From: Desulfocapsa sulfexigens DSM 10523
GTDB lineage: Bacteria; Desulfobacterota; Desulfobulbia; Desulfobulbales; Desulfocapsaceae
Assembly (NCBI RefSeq): GCF_000341395.1
Contig: NC_020304.1
Span: forward strand, 180,001-212,000
Length of the DNA: 32,000 nt
Direction of reading: 5' to 3'
A program made the translations under genes and the position numbers. The notes beneath the pieces are model-generated. The model had not been told where the DNA came from. It ran no database searches and was given only the letters and a program-made list of their open reading frames with translations. Positions 18,898-26,875 of this stretch are shown piece after piece (the first letter of the stretch is position 1; each line of letters starts with the position of its first letter).

Positions 18898-19839
18898 ATG
18901 ACAGCAGACGAAGAAAAAAGAGAGCTACAACTCCTTAATATTAAGAAGAAGCTGTCTCTTTATTTCCCCGAAGACAGCTATTCTTTCACGAAACAGGCCA
19001 TTGAAGACGGGATAGCTTCGGGCGAATTTATGACCACTGTTGCGGATATCCTGCCCTATGTCCAGACAGCACTGTTTGACAATAAAATTCTCGAGGTGGA
19101 AATTGACGGCACCACCAGAATATATTTCAGCAGGATCCACGATGATACCCCAGATCCGGAAGAGGTGGTGAACGAATTGGGGGAAGTAGAACTGCAACAG
19201 CTTGATTATGTGGCAGGAGACTACCTGAAATTATTAAACCATATCATTTGCCTGCCTCTCGAACCTGGCATGGGAAACCTTCATATTCGTAATTCCCAAA
19301 GAGTGATGATTCGTTTTTTCACAACCACCAGCGCCATCGAACTCGGAACATTTTTTCAGGATCTGGCACTCGTTCAGGATCTCCCTGTTCTACGCCTCTC
19401 TTTTCCGGTAATTGGCAGACAAGTTCAGGGAGCAAGAGCTTTTCGGGCCAAGGTGCCTGCGAGCATGGGATTTACCCTTCTTGTCAAGGGGAAGAAGAAA
19501 CACCGTCCCGATATAAAAACGGTCCCCATCGATATCAGTAGTGAAGGACTCTCCTTTGAGGTTCAAAAAGAAGAACAGCTACTGTTCCGCGAAGACGAGA
19601 TCTGTAATATTCGGTTTTTCCTCCTCGGCGATATGCATGTGAAGGTCAATGCGACCATTCGCCATATCTCCAAGATTCGCAATAAAAAAGGTATCCAGTA
19701 TTGCTGTGGCGTACAGTTTGACCTTTCCACCCGCTCTCTGGCTGCGTCCATAGAGGCGTTTGTTGCAACTGTGCAACGTGCCCATTTGAAAGAACTTTCG
19801 GAAAAATCTGAAGAAAGCGGTATTACCCTTATTCGTTAG
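18898..19839 (+). CDS. PilZ-like (YcgR-type, N-terminal domain + PilZ) putative c-di-GMP effector
   Basis: The C-terminal half has DISSEGLSF (D/NxSxxG motif) preceded by GARAFRAKV, which is RxxR rather than the canonical RxxxR. It lies 33 nt downstream of the K+ channel gene. Confidence 0.55.
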   Translation: MTADEEKRELQLLNIKKKLSLYFPEDSYSFTKQAIEDGIASGEFMTTVADILPYVQTALFDNKILEVEIDGTTRIYFSRIHDDTPDPEEVVNELGEVELQQLDYVAGDYLKLLNHIICLPLEPGMGNLHIRNSQRVMIRFFTTTSAIELGTFFQDLALVQDLPVLRLSFPVIGRQVQGARAFRAKVPASMGFTLLVKGKKKHRPDIKTVPIDISSEGLSFEVQKEEQLLFREDEICNIRFFLLGDMHVKVNATIRHISKIRNKKGIQYCCGVQFDLSTRSLAASIEAFVATVQRAHLKELSEKSEESGITLIR

Positions 19840-19841
19840 TA

Positions 19842-20480
19842 CTACGGAGCCAGCCGCTCCGCATTCCACCCCCCGCCATCGGCAGGTACATAGAGAAACC
19901 TGTCATGGAGGCGATTTTCCCGTCCCTGCCAGAACTCAACCGAGGATGGCACAACCCGATATCCTCCCCAGAATGATGGCAATGGAACATCGCCTCTGGA
20001 GAACTTATTTTTCATCTCCTGAAACTTTTGCATTAGAAGCTTACGTGATGAAATAATACTGCTCTGATTGGAGACCCAGGCAGCAATCTGCGAATCACGG
20101 GGCCTACTCATAAAGTATCTGGCCGATTCCGTGGTAGTGACAGGGCTTGCCGTACCCGCAATACTTATCTGCCGCTCCAGTTCAAGCCAGACAAAGTGAA
20201 GATTCACCCTGGGGTTCCCCTTAATCTCACGTGCTTTACGACTTTCTTTATTGGTAAAAAAAACAAATCCACCGTCATCGTAATACTTCAACAGGACAGT
20301 CCGCTGGCTGGGCTGCCCATCGGGACTCACGGTGGACAGGATCATGGCGTTGGGATCAGGGATATCGGTGTCTTTTGCCTGATTAAACCAGAGGTTAAAC
20401 TGCTCGACAGGACTGGGAAGCAGATCACCGTGCTCCAGCCCGCCCTTTAAATATTCGTGACGAAAATGACTGATATCCAC
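19842..20480 (-). CDS. pdxH: Pyridoxamine 5'-phosphate oxidase
   Basis: RHEYLKGGL...LSTVSPDGQPSQRTVLLK...RVEFWQGRENRLHDRFLY...RLAP is the classic PdxH pattern. GTG start. Confidence 0.93.
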   Translation of the reverse strand: MDISHFRHEYLKGGLEHGDLLPSPVEQFNLWFNQAKDTDIPDPNAMILSTVSPDGQPSQRTVLLKYYDDGGFVFFTNKESRKAREIKGNPRVNLHFVWLELERQISIAGTASPVTTTESARYFMSRPRDSQIAAWVSNQSSIISSRKLLMQKFQEMKNKFSRGDVPLPSFWGGYRVVPSSVEFWQGRENRLHDRFLYVPADGGGWNAERLAP

Positions 20481-20488
20481 TTGTTCTC

Positions 20489-21022
20489 TTATCCCCGATT
20501 ACCGTATCGTTCAAAACTTACTCGATCTTTTAAGAGCGAGGAATCGGGATGGCCATTGCTCTCTTTCTCCGGATAACCTATGGCAACGACAGCCTCAACC
20601 ACCATTCCCTCCTTCAGGCCAAGGGTTTCGGCAACATAGGCTTCGGCACTTCTTTGATTGTCATGCTCACGCAAACGTATCTGTACCCAGCAACTGCCAA
20701 GCCCAAGATCCGTTGCCTCCAGATGCAGAAGCAATGTTGCGATGGAACAGTCCTCAACCCACACATCACACTTGTCGGGATCGGCACAGACAGCAATGGC
20801 AAGGGAGGCATTCTTCATAAATGCAGAACCGTGAACCTTTGCCTTTGCTAAAGCCTCAATGGTGTTTTTGTCCTGAACGACAATAAATTCCCAGGGATAC
20901 AAGCTTCTCGACGATGGAGCCCGTAGCATGGCTTCGATAAGTAGATCCACCTTATCCTGTTCAATAGCCTTATCCTGAAACTGACGCACAGACCTGCGTT
21001 TTCTCAAAAGTTCAATAAACAT
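20489..21022 (-). CDS. Nitroreductase family protein
   Basis: LLRKRRSVRQF N-terminal signature, and EDCSIATLLLHLEATDLGLGSCW. I prefer the ATG at 21022. An alternative GTG at 21034 overlaps the upstream stop (GTGA). Confidence 0.85.
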   Translation of the reverse strand: MFIELLRKRRSVRQFQDKAIEQDKVDLLIEAMLRAPSSRSLYPWEFIVVQDKNTIEALAKAKVHGSAFMKNASLAIAVCADPDKCDVWVEDCSIATLLLHLEATDLGLGSCWVQIRLREHDNQRSAEAYVAETLGLKEGMVVEAVVAIGYPEKESNGHPDSSLLKDRVSFERYGNRG

Positions 21023-21030
21023 ATTTTTTC

Positions 21031-21744
21031 TCACTTAAAATTTCTTAAAACCATATCGGTATCACGCCATTCTGGAAGGAGCCTGTCCATATGGCCATAA
21101 AACTCTTTATTATGATCGCGCTCAAGCAGATGTACCAGTTCATGGACGACTATCAACTCCAGACACGCATCAGGCTTTTTGGCAAGTTCCAGATTCAACC
21201 AGAGGCGGCCTGCCATGACATTGCACGTCCCCCATCGGGTTTTCATCTTCTTTATTCGAAATTCCTTTGCCCGTCGCCCGACCTGCGGCTGCCATTTCGC
21301 AAGTAAGGCAGGAATACGACGTTTCAGCTCCTCACGATACCAGGTTTCAAGCACAGTCAATCTCATTTTACTTGTTGTCCCGGGACGGATATGGAGAGTA
21401 ATCCCGACCAGCGAATCAAAGCTGACGTAATGACGTGCACTGTTTTCCACCACAGTGAGTGGATATTTTCCCCCGAAAAAAGGATGCATTTCACCAGTGA
21501 CAGCCTTCAAAACGATTGCTACTGGACGTGTCCTGAAATGCTCGCGTTGCTTTTGAATCCAAGGAATTCGATTCGTGACAGCCTGTCGCAAACGTTTATC
21601 AGAGGTTCGATGAGGCACCGAGATACGTACCCGACCATCGGGAGCATATACCGCCAGATTGATGTTTTTAACGGATTTTCGCCAGACCTCCACAGGAAGA
21701 TCGTTGATCACAATATATTCTTTATTCAAACGCTTCTCTTCCAC
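21031..21744 (-). CDS. DUF45/YgjP-like HExxH metal-dependent hydrolase (M48-like)
   Basis: WGTCN...LIVVHELVHLLERDHNKEF is the characteristic DUF45 zinc motif. GTG start. Confidence 0.85.
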   Translation of the reverse strand: MEEKRLNKEYIVINDLPVEVWRKSVKNINLAVYAPDGRVRISVPHRTSDKRLRQAVTNRIPWIQKQREHFRTRPVAIVLKAVTGEMHPFFGGKYPLTVVENSARHYVSFDSLVGITLHIRPGTTSKMRLTVLETWYREELKRRIPALLAKWQPQVGRRAKEFRIKKMKTRWGTCNVMAGRLWLNLELAKKPDACLELIVVHELVHLLERDHNKEFYGHMDRLLPEWRDTDMVLRNFK

Positions 21745-21813
21745 AAAAACAACTAAAGAGTACGGGACGACTTAAATCCAGCCAGACGCCATACCACTAA
21801 CAAAGACAACAGA

Positions 21814-22284
21814 CTACATTGATTCGCAATGCCCATGGCAATCACGATTAATATATCCTGGAGGACATGGCTGATTATACCGGTAATCCCAGTTTGTACA
21901 ATCATTCTGGTAGACTGACTGACACCCCCCCCTGCAGTCACCGTTAACAGTTCCGGGAGGGCAGGGTGCGTTGGCTTCGAAATCCCAGTTACTACAGTCA
22001 TATTGCGGAACATCAGGTGGGGGGCCAACTTGGGTATTACATAGTCTTGGGCCCGGACATGTCTTAAATCTGTTCCCAGTGGTGTCGTCACAGAGTGTTT
22101 CGTAGACCTTTCCAGGCTGGCAAACCCCTTGATGTGAATCAAGTCCGAGGACGCGACATGGAGCTCCCCGCCCAGCATAATTGCTGGGTAACACCTGCCA
22201 TGGTCCTGGACAATCTGCGGCTTGAGCAGTTGAGGAGAAAACGAAAAGACTGGTAGTGAATAACAAATACTTTCTTAGTTGCAT
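21814..22284 (-). CDS. Secreted cysteine-rich protein with two tandem about 30-aa Cys repeats (no recognised family)
   Basis: I prefer the ATG at 22284, which has a GGAG 7 nt upstream. Signal peptide MQLRKYLLFTTSLFVFSSTAQA/AD. The mature part has 18 Cys. Tandem repeats: DCSNWDFEANAPCPPGTVNGDCRGGCQS and DCTNWDYRYNQPCPPGYINRDCHGHCES. Confidence 0.7.
   Translation of the reverse strand: MQLRKYLLFTTSLFVFSSTAQAADCPGPWQVLPSNYAGRGAPCRVLGLDSHQGVCQPGKVYETLCDDTTGNRFKTCPGPRLCNTQVGPPPDVPQYDCSNWDFEANAPCPPGTVNGDCRGGCQSVYQNDCTNWDYRYNQPCPPGYINRDCHGHCESM
21925..21932 (-). repeat. G8 homopolymer (C8 on + strand) inside the Cys-rich protein CDS
   Basis: The minus strand reads tgc agg ggg ggg tgt, encoding CRGGC in repeat 1. 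Confidence 0.95.
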
Positions 22285-22450
22285 GCCACACTCCATTTCG
22301 TAGATATTTTCAACTCACCCCTAATAACAGGTATTTCCATTACTGAACAAATACAATTAGCACCAATTATTGTTAAATGAAAGAGAAATATTGGAATCAT
22401 ATTACAGAGAAGTAAACCGAGGGTGAGCTTCAAATTGTACTATCCAAACT

Positions 22451-22603
22451 CTAACAACAGGGACCTTCTATACCCAGAAAATCATTAATGATTCCACGAA
22501 CACAGCCCTCACCTGCTTCCACAGCAATTGCACCCGTCGGACAGTTTCGCATGCAGGCTCCGCACTCCATACATACATTACGGGCAGCTATTACAGCTTT
22601 TTT
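22451..22603 (-). pseudogene. hgcB-like ferredoxin, C-terminal half only (truncated remnant)
   Basis: The minus-strand frame reads (TAA)KKAVIAARNVCMECGACMRNCPTGAIAVEAGEGCVRGIINDFLGIEGPCC*. It shows the C(M/I)ECGAC..NCP cluster motif, a single downstream Cys and a terminal vicinal CC, as in HgcB. The only ATG is the Met inside CMECGAC (22570), and an in-frame TAA lies at 22604-22606. No first Fe-S motif is present upstream in any frame. Confidence 0.45.
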
Positions 22604-22691
22604 TTACTTCCATTTGAAAAACACCATTGCCACAGCTCCAATCCCAGAAGGTCTCGCAATATCCTTCGATCCACTATGCAGTAAACCGTGC

Positions 22692-23507
22692 CTAGCACAT
22701 TCCCTGGCTGGCCAGAAGCATATGGCCTTTCTCAGCCTCGGCCAGAGTGATGAACGATGTCTCCAACTCCGTCCCCTGAAGGCGCAAAGCAACGGAACGA
22801 TATAAGTCATAGGCTGCATGTTCTATTTCCAGAACAATTTCAAGGAGCCGGGCTTCGAAATTATCTTCAATTTTGTGAAGCTTCTCAAGGTGTTCTGCTA
22901 CGGGTTTTCCTCCTTCAACGATATCGCCGGGAAGAGAGGCGTACAGTTCCTCAAAGGGAGGGATAGTCTCTCCGGTTTTGGCCCACATGGAATAGATCAA
23001 ACGCGCATGGCCAGTCTCTGCCTGACCAAGTACTTCGATGGTTCTGCGATAGGGAACATCACCAATATCCTGCAACACTGCCTGATAAAATTTTTCGGCT
23101 CCCCGCTCAAGATTCATGGCAGTTCTGAATAACACAGAAAGATCTGCGTCAAAATCAAAAACCTGTAAAACAGGATAGTCGGGAACAGTTCTGTCGGTGA
23201 AGGAAATAATGCCACCCTCAAGATTGTAAATTTTTTTCTGGAAAAATGGAACCGAGGTGGCAAAAAGCGCTGCGGTACGGGAACGTTTACCGCTATGGCA
23301 ATAAAAAATAATATCCTTATCAGCTGGAAGCTCGGTCAGGCGGGCATTGATTTCTGCAAGAGGCAGAAGGACACAGCCGGGAATATGCTCCTCTTCATAT
23401 TCTTCGGGAAAGCGGACATCAACAACAAGATATTCACTTTCGGCCTTCTCTTTCCGAAATTTGCGAAAAGCCTCCATATTCATTTCATAGTAATCATCAA
23501 GTTGCAT
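22692..23507 (-). CDS. Rhodanese domain fused to a ferritin/rubrerythrin-like di-iron four-helix-bundle domain
   Basis: N-terminal rhodanese with active-site loop (IIFYCHSGKRS). The C-terminal half has E...ExxH twice (LERGAEKFY / QAETGHA; LEIEHAAY / AEAEKGH). Confidence 0.85.
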   Translation of the reverse strand: MQLDDYYEMNMEAFRKFRKEKAESEYLVVDVRFPEEYEEEHIPGCVLLPLAEINARLTELPADKDIIFYCHSGKRSRTAALFATSVPFFQKKIYNLEGGIISFTDRTVPDYPVLQVFDFDADLSVLFRTAMNLERGAEKFYQAVLQDIGDVPYRRTIEVLGQAETGHARLIYSMWAKTGETIPPFEELYASLPGDIVEGGKPVAEHLEKLHKIEDNFEARLLEIVLEIEHAAYDLYRSVALRLQGTELETSFITLAEAEKGHMLLASQGMC

Positions 23508-23577
23508 AACGTTTTTCTCTCTTTAATTTGTTTATCGGCGTGTATACCGAGTCACAGGACAAAGCTTTCCCCTCCTT

Positions 23578-23809
23578 GCCAAGATACGCCTTCACAATAC
23601 TTTCATCCTGCCACAGGGTTGCCGCATCACACTTGATTACGATCTTTCCGGTTTCCAAAACATAGCCATGGCTTGCCAGCTGAAGGGCGCCCCTGGCATT
23701 TTTCCACCAGCAGGATAGTCACCTCTTCCTTATTCAGACAGACAAAAATAGGCATGATCTCCTTGACCAGAAATGGAGCAAATACAAGAATTGGGCTGAT
23801 AGTAACCAT
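23578..23809 (-). pseudogene. LivF-like ABC transporter ATPase, C-terminal remnant with frameshift
   Basis: Frame A reads APFLVKEIMPIFVCLNKEEVTILLVEK. After a shift at the A5 run (23699-23703), frame B reads NARGALQLASHGYVLETGKIVIKCDAATLWQDESIVKAYLGKEG. Together these match the ...LNKEGVTILLVEQNA...GYVLE.G.IV..G....L.....V..AYLG end of branched-chain amino-acid ABC ATPases. The Walker A/B and signature regions are absent. Confidence 0.6.
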
Positions 23810-23889
23810 ACCCTTGCAAAAGTGATACTGCTACGAAAAATCGCCCCCCCACTCACTATCAAAAGAGTCTACTCAGGCTACAACATTAT

Positions 23890-24147
23890 CTACTGAGAGC
23901 TGTTTTTTTGGATCCTTTGCCCTTTGCCTTGACCACGCCCCTTGCCACCCCTTTCTCCAGTAGCCTTTTGCTGTCGTTCCCGGGATCTGTTGGACTCTTG
24001 TTCAGTGATTGTACCATCGCCGTCAACATCATATTTTTTCTGGAACAGAGAACCTTTAGCGGATACGTTTTCTCCTGGAATCAGGACAGCAATCATACCG
24101 AATGTTCCGAGTACTACCGTAGCAATTAGAACTTTAGTGTATCCCAT
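23890..24147 (-). CDS. Small membrane-anchored/secreted EF-hand protein with basic Gly/Lys/Arg-rich tail
   Basis: N-terminal hydrophobic segment VLIATVVLGTFGMIAVLI. Canonical 12-residue EF loop DVDGDGTITEQE. Tail GERGGKGRGQGKGQRIQK. Confidence 0.6.
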   Translation of the reverse strand: MGYTKVLIATVVLGTFGMIAVLIPGENVSAKGSLFQKKYDVDGDGTITEQESNRSRERQQKATGERGGKGRGQGKGQRIQKNSSQ

Positions 24148-24559
24148 AGAATACTGTCCCCTGTTTATATTTTACAACCTCTAAGTTTTTTCTTTGGGGG
24201 GGGACACATATAACAACAGCCAAAACGAATAATAGCAGTGATTTCTGGAATTTTGCTCAACAACGAAGCATATTTCACCGAAAGGCAAGGCACCAATAAA
24301 ATCGAGATCAAACTGCAGTAAACACCCCACTTACAGTCATCCCTTTCATACACCATTTCATATCTCGTAAAAATTCCCTGAAACCGGTTAAATTGTTTGA
24401 CTTTTGAAATGCACAGGCATATCCTTCAAACACCACAACGTATCCGCACGGAGAATATAATTAGAGACCGACTGTTAATCAGATTTCCCCATTCTCCATG
24501 CTGTTTTTTTGTACTATTATTTTTTATTCATCCCACTCAACCACATTATATAAACGATT

Positions 24560-26794
24560 ATGAAATGGTCTAACCTTAAACTTTCGGCAAAGTTTGGTCT
24601 TATTTTTGGCAGCGCTTTTATTTCTTTTATCCTGGTCCTTCTTTTTTACCAGCGTACTGTCACCCAAACAACGGGAGGATTCAAGGATCTTATTACTACT
24701 GAAGTTGCCATTGCTTCCCATGCAACTGCAATTAATGGAAGTATGCAGCAGGCGCGACGGCTTGAAAAAGAATTCCTGCTCAGCAAGGATTTACTCTATA
24801 AAGAAAATCTGCTGGAAACCCTTAAGGGGCTGAAAGACGAGGCAGCTAGAATAAAAGATCTGGCTCGAGACACAGAAAGCAATACCGCTACTCTCGCTAC
24901 TGAAATCCTAAGCCAGGTGACCATTTATCAACAGGCCTTCGAGAAACTGGTTTCCTCCCAAATGACAAACGGTCTCGACAGCAACTCTGGCCTGCAGGGA
25001 GAGTTTAAAGCATTAGCTCTGCAGGTTGCCAAAAATCTGAAAAAGCATCAGGTGAGTGATTCCTACCTTGCCCTTTTGCAGATGCGCCGTTTTGAAAAGG
25101 AATATGTCCGTACCAAATCGGAACGTCATATGGCAAAGTTACTGGAATCCATTGATACTTACGAAACGTCACTAGACACCCTTGAAGATGAAGAGGATTT
25201 GTATGATGACCAGATTGAAAAGCTCTCTGCCTATCAGGAAGCTGTAAACAACTACGCACAATCACCAGACGAATCCACACTGAGAGAACTGCAGACCACG
25301 GCGGTGGATTTGGAGGCAGGCTTGAATCATCTCTATGTTCCAAATGCCAGGATTCAACTTCTCCTCCTGAGACTGACCGAAAAAAATTACATCATCACTC
25401 GAATGAAAAAATACGGTGTAGCCACTCTTGAAGCCGCAGAAACCATTCAAGACATCTTTGATGAATCCAATGCGGATCCTAAGTATATCGAAATCATTAA
25501 CGCTGATCTCACAGCCTACAGTGAAACTTTCTCTGCCTTGATGGCCAATGATGTACAGATAGTCGAAGCACTGCTAGTGATGAGTGGAGCCGCAAAAAAA
25601 GTGGAACCACTGGTAGCTGAGATCATGGATCAAGCCAACCAGGGAAAAGAAGCACAAATCACCAGCACTTCTGCTAAAGCCCAGAAAATGGGCATGCTTG
25701 CCATAAGCATTGGCCTCTGCGTAGTCCTGATATCAGGTATTTTCACATTTTTCACCATCCGTTCGATTGTTGCCGAATTGAAGCGTGGTGTTGATTTTGC
25801 GAAACAAATGTCTTTAGGGGACTTCACCACCACTCTCACGATCAATCGTCGTGACGAGATCGGAACCCTCGGTGAAGCGTTGAACAACATGGTTTCCGGT
25901 ATTCGTGAGATGTTTACAGAAATCTCCCAGGGAGTGGCTCACCTGTCTTCCTCTTCAGATGAGTTATCCACTATTTCTCATCAAATGTCTGACGGCGCAG
26001 AACTCTCTTCCCAGAAGTCAAATAGCGTTGCAGCTGCTGCTGAAGAGATGAGTGTCAATATGGATTCGGTAACACTGGCTAGTGAAAATGCCACCAACAA
26101 TGTCAATATGATTGCTGCTGCCGTAGAAGAAATGAATGTTACGGCTCAGGATATAGCCCGTCAGACCGAAAAAGGTCAGAAAATCTCGCACGATGCGACA
26201 AAACGCATCAATATCTCCTCCGGGATGATAGAACAACTGGGTCAGGACATTTTCGAAATCAACAAGGTCACCGAAGCTATTAATGAAATTTCTGATCAAA
26301 CAAATCTACTCGCCCTGAATGCTACAATCGAAGCTGCGAGAGCAGGTGATGCCGGAAAGGGTTTTGCCGTAGTGGCCAATGAAATCAAAGAGCTGGCCAA
26401 ACAGACCTCTGCCGCCACCCAGGAAATCAAACAGCACATAGAAAGCATTCAAGGTTCTACAGGAAAAACTGTGGATGAAATAAAGGGAGTTGCAGCCGTT
26501 GTGGCAGAAGTTGATACAATCGTTTCTAGCATTGCCCTTTCCATGGAGGAACAGACAGCCACCAATCAGGAAGTTGCAGGTAATATCGCCGAGGTATCGG
26601 AAGGAATGGTGGAGGTCAATGAAAACGTAGGCCAAAGTTCGTTGGTGGCAGGGGAAACCGCAAAAGACATTGCCGAGGTTAGCCGAATAGCCCAGGAAAT
26701 CATGGCCAACGGAAACAAAGTGAATCTCAGCGCTGGTGACCTTGCCAGCCTGGCATCAAAACTCAAGAAACTTATGCAGCGTTATAAACTGTAG
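24560..26794 (+). CDS. Methyl-accepting chemotaxis protein (large helical periplasmic sensor - TM - HAMP - MA domain)
   Basis: Two TM helices flank a sensor of about 350 aa. A HAMP domain follows. Highly conserved signalling hairpin [31 protein letters not shown]. Confidence 0.95.
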   Translation: MKWSNLKLSAKFGLIFGSAFISFILVLLFYQRTVTQTTGGFKDLITTEVAIASHATAINGSMQQARRLEKEFLLSKDLLYKENLLETLKGLKDEAARIKDLARDTESNTATLATEILSQVTIYQQAFEKLVSSQMTNGLDSNSGLQGEFKALALQVAKNLKKHQVSDSYLALLQMRRFEKEYVRTKSERHMAKLLESIDTYETSLDTLEDEEDLYDDQIEKLSAYQEAVNNYAQSPDESTLRELQTTAVDLEAGLNHLYVPNARIQLLLLRLTEKNYIITRMKKYGVATLEAAETIQDIFDESNADPKYIEIINADLTAYSETFSALMANDVQIVEALLVMSGAAKKVEPLVAEIMDQANQGKEAQITSTSAKAQKMGMLAISIGLCVVLISGIFTFFTIRSIVAELKRGVDFAKQMSLGDFTTTLTINRRDEIGTLGEALNNMVSGIREMFTEISQGVAHLSSSSDELSTISHQMSDGAELSSQKSNSVAAAAEEMSVNMDSVTLASENATNNVNMIAAAVEEMNVTAQDIARQTEKGQKISHDATKRINISSGMIEQLGQDIFEINKVTEAINEISDQTNLLALNATIEAARAGDAGKGFAVVANEIKELAKQTSAATQEIKQHIESIQGSTGKTVDEIKGVAAVVAEVDTIVSSIALSMEEQTATNQEVAGNIAEVSEGMVEVNENVGQSSLVAGETAKDIAEVSRIAQEIMANGNKVNLSAGDLASLASKLKKLMQRYKL

Positions 26795-26812
26795 AGAGTG
26801 GCGAAGGGAAAA

Positions 26813-26851
26813 AAACGGGTTCCTGCAAAACTGCAGAGACCCGTTTTTTTA
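26813..26851 (+). terminator. Rho-independent terminator of the MCP gene
   Basis: AAACGGGT-tc-CTGCA-aaac-TGCAG-ag-ACCCGT followed by T7, located 19 nt after the MCP stop. Confidence 0.75.
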
Positions 26852-26875
26852 TTGATTCTACCAGGCCAGATTGCC

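Noticed and set aside
21753-22178. 141-aa ORF overlapping the Cys-rich gene on the same strand in another frame.
   Set aside because: It has no signal peptide or motifs. The alternative frame (21814-22284) has a signal peptide, a Shine-Dalgarno sequence and an internally repeated Cys pattern that is unlikely to arise by chance.
22598-22606. Possibility that the hgcB-like fragment is rescued by stop-codon readthrough or by slippage in the A8 run (T8 on + strand, 22598-22605).
   Set aside because: The stop is a TAA at the start of the run, so slippage does not remove it in that frame. The other upstream frame (VLGTVYCIVDRRILRDLLGLELWQWCFSNGSKKK) lacks any CxxCxxCxxxCP motif. Neither route restores a two-cluster ferredoxin.
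22488-22805. 105-aa plus-strand ORF across the hgcB-like region.
   Set aside because: It is the antisense reading of the ferredoxin-motif frame and of the rhodanese gene 3' end. It has no motifs of its own.
26798-26875. GTG start at 26798 for the EamA-like ORF (as in the ORF track).
   Set aside because: These 26 codons coincide with the MCP rho-independent terminator hairpin and T-run and encode a basic non-membrane peptide. The ORF is open here only by chance.
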